The notes beneath the pieces are model-generated. The model made no database searches. It was not told the DNA's origin and saw nothing but the letters and a program-made list of their open reading frames with translations. The translations under genes were made by a program, and so were the position numbers. Source: Oopsacas minuta (lineage: Eukaryota; Animalia; Porifera). From it: DNA of 64,000 bases. Below are positions 19,242 to 29,691 of this stretch, piece by piece (within the stretch, counting starts at the first letter, position 1; every line of letters begins with the position of its first letter). Location of the stretch: the NCBI GenBank assembly GCA_024704765.1, contig JAKMXF010000018.1:30339-94338 (forward strand), written 5' to 3'.

Positions 19242-19487
19242 TATATATAATGTGTGCTAATTTTAGAATTTATTAAGTGTAATTAATATTTCACACCTTA
19301 CATGATAATGTAATCACTTGTCTCGAGAGCAGTAGACCCCCGCTGTCGTCCGTGTACCCAGGTTGTAGAATCGGACATACATATATGAAATATACGTGAT
19401 AATGACTGACCAATAGGATGTCAGGGTTATAGAGAACTTCAGCTGCCCTCAGAGTATAAATAGAAGTGTTAACAGAAAAGTGTTAAA

Positions 19488-20649
19488 ATGCATAACTACG
19501 GTTGTATCCTATTGGTATGTATACTGTATATCGGAGGTGTTATGGGGTGTCGGATGCTGGTGGAGGTGGATAGTAACCAGGGATGGAAACTGTTTGGTAA
19601 GTTCATAATACGGGTAGGAGGGAATGAATTCCTAGCGGCTACTTCTGTTGTCAGTGAAAAATTGGTACTCAATGAAGTATCAGGTCCTAAATCTCTTTGG
19701 GTGAGTAATGATTTGTTTATTTGTTTATTTGTTTATTTATTTGTTTATTTATTTGTTTATTTATTTGTTTATTTATTTGTTTATAGTCCTATCGTGACGG
19801 TATGATAACCAACTTATTTCACAAACAAGTCGTAACTGTAGATTCAAATTTCTTAGTTTTAACTGAGCCGGCTGATCCCCCTACACCCTCCCAGGTATTT
19901 GAGTACGTTAACGGGACCCTGTGGAACAGAGAGACAGACCTATATCTCACTGGATGGGGAAAGAATCAGACTGCAACCCTTGAGGAGAAGGGAGGAGGGT
20001 GCAAGCAACGGCAGGTGACATACCTCATGAATGAGCAATGGTCACTAGTTGGTACACAGGTGATGTCTGCACTGACTGGATTAGTCCTTACTAGGAAGGA
20101 GGGAGTATCAGAGGTGTATGCTCTACCTTATAATGCTACTGATAAGTAAGTAAATAACAACAGGATTGTGATTATTCATATTTTGAATAATCACATATTA
20201 CATACCATGAATCATAGCATTCTATACATGAATATATTCACCAGCTCCCCTAACGTACTTCTGTGACGTGTTATATCCCAGTTTCCATGGTTACCTCGTT
20301 GGTATCTGGCTATACACCTCAGTGAGGGAGGGTGTCATACCAGGGGCTAAAATTAATACAGTATATACATATTTTGACACCTTATCAGATATTAATAACT
20401 AAATTACTGTCTAGATCACTTCACCAGGATTGGTATTTTGGATTAGGGAAATTTAGAAATGCAGACTTTATTCTGACAGCTCTACCCTCTGGTCAAGGAG
20501 TTGCAGAAGTCTATGAAATAGGGAAGAATTTTGATCAGCTGTTCTATATGGCTAACGGATTTATACGTAACCTTAAAAGCAAGATGGCTATGTATATTCC
20601 AAAGGACGGTAGCAGTATCCGGTTTAGAAAAGAGCATGTATTCTTTTAA
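19488..20649 (+). CDS. Secreted tandem ricin-B/R-type (beta-trefoil) lectin-like protein
   Basis: Signal peptide followed by six QxW-like repeats over 3 exons: NQGWKLFGKFIIRV, KSLWSYRDGMITNL, SQVFEYVNGTLWNR, NEQWSLVGTQVMSALTGLVLT, HQDWYFGLGKFRN, DQLFYMANGFIRNLKSKM. Confidence 0.6.
20205..20325 (+). repeat. Dispersed intronic repeat family F (about 110 bp)
   Basis: tacataccatgaatcatagcattctat...tctgtgacgtgttatRtcccagtttccatggttacctcgttg is shared with an inverted copy at about 24513-24606. Confidence 0.85.
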
Positions 20650-20731
20650 TTTAGTGTATTTACATCAAAATTATCGAATATACAATCTAGTAGCATATAA
20701 ACAAACACACAATCAAACAAACAAACAATAT

Positions 20732-22181
20732 TTATGTCATATTCCTTCTGTTTGTGAAACAGCATTTACTATTTGATCTTGCTTGGATAATAGCTTTATC
20801 GGGTAAATTTACTTTTATATCCTCTGCGGGCATGAGACCCCCTTCAACACCTCTAAAGTGTCCCTTTTTAATAATGGCATCCCCCAGTTGTTGGAACATC
20901 ATTTGAGTTTTAATAGTATCAGTAGAAGATGTCTCTATGTAAGGAATATTCTTGTTAGTGGAGAATTTGTCTATTTCATCTCTTGGCACCTTTCTGTCTA
21001 AGTCACACTTGTTACCGACGAGTAGCATAACAAAGGTGTCTATAGAGTGTGTATTAATATACGTGGTTAATCAGGTACCCTAGAGGAAGATCTCCAGGGG
21101 ACAGAGGCAAGGGAGGAGGGGCTATGATTATAAATACCCGTACACACTCTTAAGTATTATGTAACCAGCTGTCACGGGAAAAATTGTTCGAATTATTGGG
21201 TATACAAATTTAGAGTTGTTAACTGTATATAGTAGTCAAAAGGTGTAAGAATTATTGTGTATATGAATGGGGTGTAAGGAACATATAGCTTACCTTCTGA
21301 TGTGTTTTCATACACATAGTTTATCCATTCTTCTAACTTCCAGAATGTCTTAGGGTTGTTAAGATCGAACACTAATAAGACCCCTGAAATATTCCTGAAG
21401 TAAGAGCTAGACAGAGAACGGAACCTTTCTTGTCCTGCGGAGTCCCATATATCAACAGCTAGACGGGAGTCTGTTGGTTTAAGTCCTTCTAGCTCATTCT
21501 GTGTAAATATGTGTAGATGATAGTCTATACCTAGATAGAATACGCTAGATAACCAGGGAGGGGGGACAGGATAACTAGATAACCAGGGAGGGGGGGACAG
21601 GTGAACTAGAGAACCAGGGAGGGGGACAGGGGATCTCTAAACAAATGCTACTACAATAGTAACTCTATAATTATACGTGAACAATGTTTGTTTGTGTACA
21701 GAATTGATGGAAGAACTGGAAAGAGCCACATATTTGAAATTTGGTATGAGTGTAGAATATGATATACAAGTTAAGTAGTTTGTATATACCTCACACTGTA
21801 GATTGAATTTATTACATTTGATTCTAACAAATATGAGATTATGCTGTGATTATGTTATACACACCCTCAGGGTACCTCTATACAAGAAGTACCCTCAGGG
21901 TGGAAGTAAGCTTCGATTGACCATTTTAGAACTGAGCCACTAGAATATGTAATATAGTATTAGTCAGCACAGTAAAATTAAAATTTGTTACCTATAGTAG
22001 GACTACACATGGGTTCAAACACCCCTGTAGCCAGCTGTTTAACCAGACTAGTCTTCCCAGTACCAGAATCTCCTATTAGTATAACACGTGCTTTGGGTAT
22101 ATCATGACTTGATGCTATTCCGTCAATGACATTACTCTCCTGTATGTTTGTCCTATCAGATATTGTATTGATCTCTATCAT
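20732..22181 (-). CDS. Rab-family small GTPase (Rab39-like, 3 exons)
   Basis: GDSGTGKT (G1), PTIGIDY (G2), IWDSAGQERFRSL (G3), GNKCD (G4), ETSS (G5). Confidence 0.9.
21545..21632 (+). repeat. G-rich intronic minisatellite, 3 x about 30 bp
   Basis: CTAGA(T/G)AACCAGGGAG(G)5-7ACAGG repeated three times in Rab intron 1. Confidence 0.9.
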
Positions 22182-22530
22182 ATAGCTAGCTGCTATAACT
22201 TAAGGATATGAGGGATCAGTGGTTACTAAACTGGGAACATTGGCCAACTTAAATACTTAGTTAAATAAATCGAGCAACTGCCTGGATACAATAATTCACA
22301 ATAGGAATGTATGAGATAATAGTATTGTAAAATTCCCGCTTATATATCACAAGAAAATCTCAATAATTATATGAATGTTACTAAAAATAGATTGAAAGTA
22401 AAATAATGAATTATTGACACAATCATGCTGTACGTGTTTCAGTAATTGTGTGAGTAATATATACAACAATAAAACAAACAAACAAACAAACTGGAGGAGT
22501 TTATATTAATTAAAATGTAGAATTAATGAA

Positions 22531-24041
22531 TCATGTATTGGTGATATCTTTCGGTATTAAAACATCATCTGTATCAGCTGCATACTCGTTACCAGATTGG
22601 TCGTTATCATCAGAATCTGTCTGTTCGTTATAGTCATAATAAGGATCATCTATGTCCTCCAGGAATTCACAGCCAGAGTCATTCTCCTTGTCTAACAGAC
22701 TGGATTGAGATTCCAGACGAGGCTTAGACATAGCTAGATACTCCTGTAGTGTTAACGGTACCTATATGGTATAATTGAGTTGATGTTACTATTTACCAGT
22801 CTGGTTTTATACTGGATACAGTAAACTCTGGTTATAACGAAGTGCTCGAGGCCTGACCCCGCTTCATTTCGTAATATCGAGAGTTGATTGTATTTTCAAA
22901 TATTGTCCGTTATACAGAGCCCTATCACTTAACTAATAGCATATCAGTCTAGACATAGTCATAACCTTCAAATCTGATAGGTGGACACATTTGTTACCTT
23001 TTCTCAGGAATGTATGAATATTCATATTATTTGTTATAAATCAGATCGCTTTACAAATAATTAACAAATTTGTAGCAAATTCCATTTCTCGAATAAACTA
23101 CACTCAATACATAACTATGTTACCTTCACGTTGTCCTTGATAGCTTCCTGTCTAGAAAGCTCAACCTGTTCCTGTACTATCTTACTGTACTCTTGACTCC
23201 CTTTCTTACCCTCTTTCATCTTACGGTACATCACAGAGGCGTCAACATTCGCAGCTGATGAGGTATTTGGCTCATTCAGTAGAGATTGTACAGAGAGTAG
23301 AATAGTTCGTACTGATTGAGTAGGATTCCATCTAAAATAATAACATACATTCCATTGCAATTATAGTGTAACTATGGATACTGACCTCTCGTTAGGAAGC
23401 TCTCCACTGAGTGGATCCTCTCCCGGGGGATGTAAGATAGAAATACAGACCTCTCCATTCATGTACACGTTAGGATGCCAGAGAGAGGTCTTGAAGGCGA
23501 ACTTAGGGGGCGAGTAAGGATAATCAGGCGGGAAAGTCATCTTAGCTTTGAAGTACCCCCCAGCATAAGGGGTGTCAGGTGGACCAAATATCACTACGTC
23601 CCATTCCAGGATGTTAAGCTCATTAGCCTATTAAATTTAATTCATATATTAGGTGTGAAAGTATTCACATGGATAATCTCACATATGGCCTGGTTTCGCA
23701 GAATACAGTGTATACAGGTTATGAGAACATCCTTGGTAGTATCGATACACATGTTATTATAATCGGTAAATATACAGGAATATAAGAGAACCGGTTTCCA
23801 GAGGATGGTGGTTATAACCGGCATCTACTGTATTTAGAACTGGTCCCTATGGGTCAGCAGTTTCCAACCTTATTCACCCGTCGTGGCCCCCTGCTGTCGT
23901 CCGTGGATCACCTGCAGTAAATACATAACTTACATCAATAATGAATCCTTCTAACGGTTCTTTAACCATTTTGCTTAATTCATTCTGGAGAGTCCTCTGA
24001 CAAATACTTGGTGTTGCCAGGGCAGAGGATATGGATGCCAT
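22531..24041 (-). CDS. CDC34: Ubiquitin-conjugating enzyme CDC34/UBE2R
   Basis: [60 protein letters not shown] (catalytic Cys plus the acidic loop), VPLTLQEY and an acidic tail (22531-22731). Confidence 0.95.
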
Positions 24042-24253
24042 CTAGCTAACACGTCAAAATCATAGAACATATATTAGATATATACATATAGAAGTGTGAT
24101 AAATTAATGTGTGTGTGAAATAAACAAGCAATATGAATAGACATACATATCCTCAGCATAGCAACCAAATACACAAATAAACAACAGCTGTCTGCTGAGG
24201 TGTTAGAAATATAAAAGACATTAAAATATTGATAATGGATAAAATATGTAACT

Positions 24254-25137
24254 TCAATGTATCACTGGTTTAGGCTTAGTTTTGATTGGAGGAGGTTCTG
24301 CATTCCTGACTGGGGATTTGTTTGCTGGGGTGATACTTTTTATCACATTAGTCATACCGAATGTGTCAGATTTCGCGAGTTTGTTTTTAGGTGTTAAATT
24401 CAATTCTATATCTCTTTCTATCTCCGCCAGCATTTTGTATATATCTTGTATAATCACGTCAGATTTTGTTTGAGGTCTAAATAATGAAAAGTAACCTATA
24501 AGTATGGAAATAAAGGTATAGCCAAATAACAACGAGGTAACCATGGAAACTGGGACATAACACGTCACAGAGTTGGTGAATAGAATGCTATGATTCATGG
24601 TATGTAGTCCCCGTCCAATGGTGCTAAAATATGAATAATCACCCCAGCTACTATTCTAGGTGTTAATAAGATAATAGTAACTGACTTTGCTTTCGGCTTA
24701 GGAGCTGTCACTAAATAAAAATTAGAATTATAGTTTTCATAGTAACAGGGTTATTAGATAGGAATGTTATACATACCAGGATGCTTAGCCTCCTCCGCGG
24801 GTATTACATGCAGTAGATCTTCCAGGTCGTTACCTAGTGAGGTATCGTGAGATCTGTTCGGGGGAGGAGGGGGCAAGTCGTCATCCAAAGAGAGAGCTAA
24901 CTCCAGGTCTGATTCCTACAGGTGTTAGAAATAGGATATAGTTACAGAAGGTTCAACTAACTACATACAGAGTAACCTCCACAGACTGGCCCTGTAGAAA
25001 CCGAGTGGAAAATAAATTGAGTGAATTCCTATCACATCTTTTGTCTGGTTACATATATGTGTAATAGGAATGTGTGAAGTTACCTGGGGTACATCTCCCA
25101 GTACAGCTTCCAGAGAGGGTGAGGATGCACGTGCCAT
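24254..25137 (-). CDS. Proline-rich orphan protein of about 145 aa, or alternative 3' exons of the GAB-like gene
   Basis: Phase-compatible exons read MARASSPSLEAVLGDVPQ|ESDLELALSLDDDLPPPPPNRSH...KHP|VTAPKPKA|KPQTKSDVIIQDIYKM...KPVIH*. No recognisable domain. Confidence 0.45.
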
Positions 25138-25843
25138 CTAATTTCTAATATAAAACTAGAGTAAACATAAACAATCACCTCTATAAGAATTACAGATAAA
25201 CAATAAGCCAATTATTAATGCGATAATGAAAATATGGCAGTAGTTCTCAACCTCTGAGGCTCACGGATCTCTCGGCGGTCTATTAAATGTCTTAAAATGG
25301 TACAGGGGGTACAGGGGAGGATCGCTTCTGTAGAGATACTAACAGACACCCAGGGAGATCAGAGGAGGTCTGTAACCCCTGTACTTGAAGTAAGTATAAT
25401 AACCTATACTATGAATATTATTGATTATAGCAGATTAATACTCGAAGAAATGCAGTAGAATCCTTAAATTCTAGAAGAATAGTCTTACAAGAAACCAATT
25501 AGTTAGGATTGATTGAGTGCGTATTTGAAATATCTCCCTAATCAAGTTCTTAAGGGTTAGATGGATTCTGATAGCGGGAATTTGTATAGCTTATAAGATA
25601 ACCGGTTAGAAGACCCGTGCGACCATCGCCGGATAAATAAGAATTTGCTTCCAGCCTGCTCTGTTCTTATAAGCAATAACCTCTCCAGGGTCCGACCCTA
25701 TATGTAACTAAGAATAGCTCTAACTTATGAAATAATAAATCAGGCAATTATAGCTAGGAATTAATTCAAATCGTAAAATATACAAAAATATAAAACAGCT
25801 GTAAAATATAAATCCATGCAAAGAGCATATCTACAATTCAATT

Positions 25844-28006
25844 CTATTTGTATTCAGAACTCAGTCTATCCTCTGTAGGGAGAGACATCTTGTTACGGGG
25901 TTTAGGTTCTACTATCTTAGCGTAGCCAGAGGGGTCCGTTGATTTAGCTAGCTTGCGGACATCAAGGGGACTCCTTGATACCATGACGTAATGTCCATCC
26001 GTGTCCTGTAGAGAATCCTTGGGGTCGAATTTAACATAAGCACCGTCTTCTGGATCGTTAGCATAGATAGGCTCTGCTTCTGGGAAGATCTCTGATCCTC
26101 TAGCTACTGTCTTATATGGAGTAATACTGATAGGAGATATGGGATTGTCAGAGCTGTCCTCATTCTAAATCAATGAATTACAGTATCAGATAGGTGTTAA
26201 GAATAAATATAATATCAGTATGGTTAACTGTAGTTATAAAGGGAGGGAGTACTGTACTTACAATATAAGAGGTAGGTCTCCTGGTTCTTGGTACAGGAGT
26301 AATGTCTTTAACTGTTGTTATGAGCACACTAACAGGAACGCTAGGAGTTATAGCAGCTGCCCTCTTAAGAGGAGATGAGAACTCCTTAGAGAGATCTGGT
26401 AGTATGTCTGTGTTAAGAGTGTTATGTGTAATAGTCTAGAGTAAATATGTGGTAAACAAACAAACAAACAAACGAACAACAAACAAATTACCCTAGCTTG
26501 TCGTGTAGACACAGACTTCCTTTCCTTAGGTTTGGGTCTGTCGCCAGAAAAAGGAGGAGGATATCTCGGGGCTACTAATCTCTTCTGAGAGCTCAACCGT
26601 CTAGGGGGGACAGGGAAATTAAAGTCTAGCTCCTCTGGGTACAGCTGTTCATGTCTGTGAGGAGGTATAGAGGGGAACGTGTCCTCTGGAGAGAGAGGGA
26701 GAGAAGAGAGGGAGGGAAGGGAGGGAAGGGAGGGGAGGGATGGGAGAGATGCACAAGAGTTCTGTTTCGTAGCTATTGGAGGTTTGGAGCTGTTCGTATA
26801 GACATGTTGCTACAAAAGACACAAAAGCATACCAGTTATAAGTAGAATACATGTTCTTATAACCGGTATAAATATAAAGGAATATATGAGAACCGGTTTC
26901 CACGGGATGGTGCTTATATCTGGTATTAACTTTAATAGTACATCTTTCGTTGTATGTACCTTAATGTTTGGATTTGGAGATTTGGGTCTCATGACCCTGT
27001 CAGGACGTGTGAACTCCTCCTCATCTGACCCTGAGTCCTCTCCCAGTGATACAGCTATCTCTGTAATATCTGCCTGTTGCATACCGTATACTCCATATGA
27101 GTCTCCGACCTGAGTGCCTATTGAGTTACATACCATAACCCTCATTCAGTAACTAGGGTATCCTAACTACGCTATAGGTTAAGAGGAATGTCACACACTT
27201 ACGTACTCTGAGATAACTCTGTGTCTCTGTTGTATGTACCGTATTCACAGGTATGTCCTGTCTCAGGATTAAAGGAGTAAGCTAGTCCTCTCTTGTCTCC
27301 CTCTTCCTTCTCTATAGCTGTCTTACGTCTGGCTGACATGTAGTTCTCATCTCCCTGAGTAGAGTCAGCAGCCACTATACAAATAAATACAGTGTAACTT
27401 AAATAAGAGAATTCGTAGTCCAATATAAATGAACCTCCACAAACAGGCTAGCAACCATTAGTATGCATAGATATTTACCATTATTCTTCCTGGCTAGAAG
27501 TAGGCCTGCCACATCACAAATATTCCTATGCCAGTTCTCCATCTCCTCTCTGCTGTCCGCTAGTAAGTAGTAGATCCTGTCTATACCCCCAGCCTCCCCT
27601 GGTTTTCCTGTATCATCTAGTGACCCCTTGACATCTAAGCTAATTATATTAGACTGAGCCCTGCATATATACACATCTAGTAACACCTATAAACAATAAT
27701 ATAGAGACATGAAAGAAATATAGGGAAAGCCCTGTTTTGGTATAAATTACTTAGAATAGTAAGTAAATAATAATAAAGCTGACCTCTTGTACTTTCTCTA
27801 AATCTATGATACCTTTCTGTTCTCCGTTAAACTTAGAGAAATACAGCAGTTTCTTGTGCTGGGTTAACACGAAGTAACGTCTCTGCCATCTTCTATTCTG
27901 AGAGAATGTTAGAACGAGAAAAGTATAAATAAGAGTAACTCACCATTTTTGGAGGAGATTTGGTAAGGAAACCCTCGTAGATTGATTCCTGATACATCTT
28001 CGACAT
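25844..28006 (-). CDS. GAB/DOS-like PH-domain docking protein
   Basis: PH domain EGFLTKSPP|RRWQRRYFVL...KGIIDL|DRIYYLLADSREEMENWHRNICDV closely parallels GAB1. It is followed by Pro-rich segments and Tyr motifs (YAND, YVKF, YVMV, YAKI). Confidence 0.8.
26831..26925. mobile_element. Dispersed intronic repeat family A (about 100-150 bp, MITE-like)
   Basis: The core AATACATGTTCTTATAACCGGTATAAATATACAGGAATATATGAGAACCGGTTTCCA and the flanking ACAGTGTATACAGGTTATGAGAAC recur at about 23703-23830, 35950-36050, 37880-37955 and, inverted, 47210-47272. Confidence 0.75.
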
Positions 28007-28181
28007 CTCAGCTAATCATAAACAATAAACAAACAAACACAAATAAATAAATCCAGAATACTCATCCATGGTTTATAGTATATTATTAAAGCAACACATA
28101 AGCTAAATTTAGAATTATGAACCATGGATAATAGCCAACAGTTCGATATACGAGACATATACACACACAATTGTAAAAACT

Positions 28182-28664
28182 CTAATCATCATCCTCAACC
28201 ATTGACCGTCTAGCCATCTCCCGGGCCTGCTTCATGAAGGCACCCTCGTTGTAGTGTAGTTGACGTTTTTTCTTGAATATTTCATGCTTAGCCTTCTCCT
28301 CGGGGGTCATTGTCTCTTCGTCCGACCCGCTGTCCATGTCGATGCAGGGAGGGGGAGGTTCTTTATACACAAATGCAGTCGGATCGCTCTCTACTCTATC
28401 CGCTAATTCTTTGACTACTGACTTCTCTGCACCAGCAGGTTCATGACCTGGATCGTGTTCATACGGAGTTTTAGGCTCGACTATTTTCATGTGTCCGTAA
28501 TCCTTATCTTTAGGATGCAAGGTTGCTATAATATTCATTTCGTCCCACTGGAGACCCCCTGTCTCTTTCTTGGCGTCCTTGGTCCGTTTGAGGATTGAAG
28601 CCGGCCTGGTAGACCTTGATGCTTTGAGCTTATCAGCTGATGTAGCCGTGACAGCTTCTGCCAT
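28182..28664 (-). CDS. PPP1R2: Protein phosphatase 1 inhibitor-2 (single exon)
   Basis: SILK motif, QWDEMNIIATLHPKDKDYGHMKIVEPKTPY and KRQLHYNEG. Confidence 0.95.
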   Translation of the reverse strand: MAEAVTATSADKLKASRSTRPASILKRTKDAKKETGGLQWDEMNIIATLHPKDKDYGHMKIVEPKTPYEHDPGHEPAGAEKSVVKELADRVESDPTAFVYKEPPPPCIDMDSGSDEETMTPEEKAKHEIFKKKRQLHYNEGAFMKQAREMARRSMVEDDD

Positions 28665-29691
28665 ATAAATACGCTAATTATTACCTGTAATATAGTTATC
28701 AATTAAAGGAAAGTTCAAGTTCCATTTTGTGTGATCAACAGATTTTACTTGTAATATATAGCTAATATAGGGGTGTTATAATAACAAACATAATTGAGAT
28801 AGGCTCAAATAGTTATAATCCATGGTTTATAGTACCCACTATTCTATTAATATAATTGTGGGTGTTCTTTATAAGCTGTTACCACCCACATATTTGTCTT
28901 ATTGGGCGGTTGCTATGCTGTAATACAATAAAGTATATTGATAATGAATTGTAGTGCTTATATGTAATATTATATTATACAATATTCAGGAATATACCTC
29001 CCTTCGTATTGTTATTATTTGTTATTGATATCCAGCATAGTAACGCTATCTGTCATATGGTATTCACCATATAATATATTACGTCACATGCGGTTCCTTA
29101 ATATTATAGGCTCTTATTATTCCTCCCATCTACTTCAATACTAATACACAGATATTCAAGTTTATACATTTCTAATTAGTTTTTATTTGCATTACTTTCT
29201 GGAACAGATTTTAGCTTAGAAGTGAGTTAGTTTAATTTGTATTATTTGTCTCAGGGCTTGAGTATTGGATTGTACTGACCTAAGGGGTATATTTCTATGG
29301 GAGAGGGGTCCGTTACATCAGCGGTTCCAACGCTGGGTCCATGTACCTCTTAGTGGTCCACATGATCTCAATATTTGTATTACTGCTACTCTACATATAC
29401 CCAAATGTATATGAATTGCTTGAAAGCTCTGGTATATCTCAGCTACACATATTACACGTATTTATTGCAATAATAGCTATATTCTTCTATAATAAATAAC
29501 TCATAACAGAATATAATATAGGATTATACCCCAGCTTATAAATATACACAGATATAGTATAGGTCATAATATCAGGACTATAGTTCTTGTTACGTGAGGC
29601 AGGGCTTATATTAATCTGTATTAGTTATATGAGGTTGTGACCATGGATATTTGTAAATATTTTCTCTGTTTGTTTACTTATTTTATAAGAC

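Noticed and set aside
19711-19785. Hydrophobic LFVYLFVY repeat at the end of ORF 19488-19805 as a TM helix
   Set aside because: It is an intronic (TTTATTTATTTG)n microsatellite. Similar (GTTT)n tracts produce spurious LFVC/KQTN runs elsewhere.
23642-23824. ORFs sharing WKPVL(L/I)YS (23642-23824, 26649-26903 and the tail of 26810-27145)
   Set aside because: The similarity comes from intronic repeat family A read in frame, not from a protein motif.
24479-24598. Hydrophobic N-terminus of ORF 24254-24598 as a signal or TM segment
   Set aside because: It is translated intronic repeat family F. The real exon starts at the acceptor near 24478.
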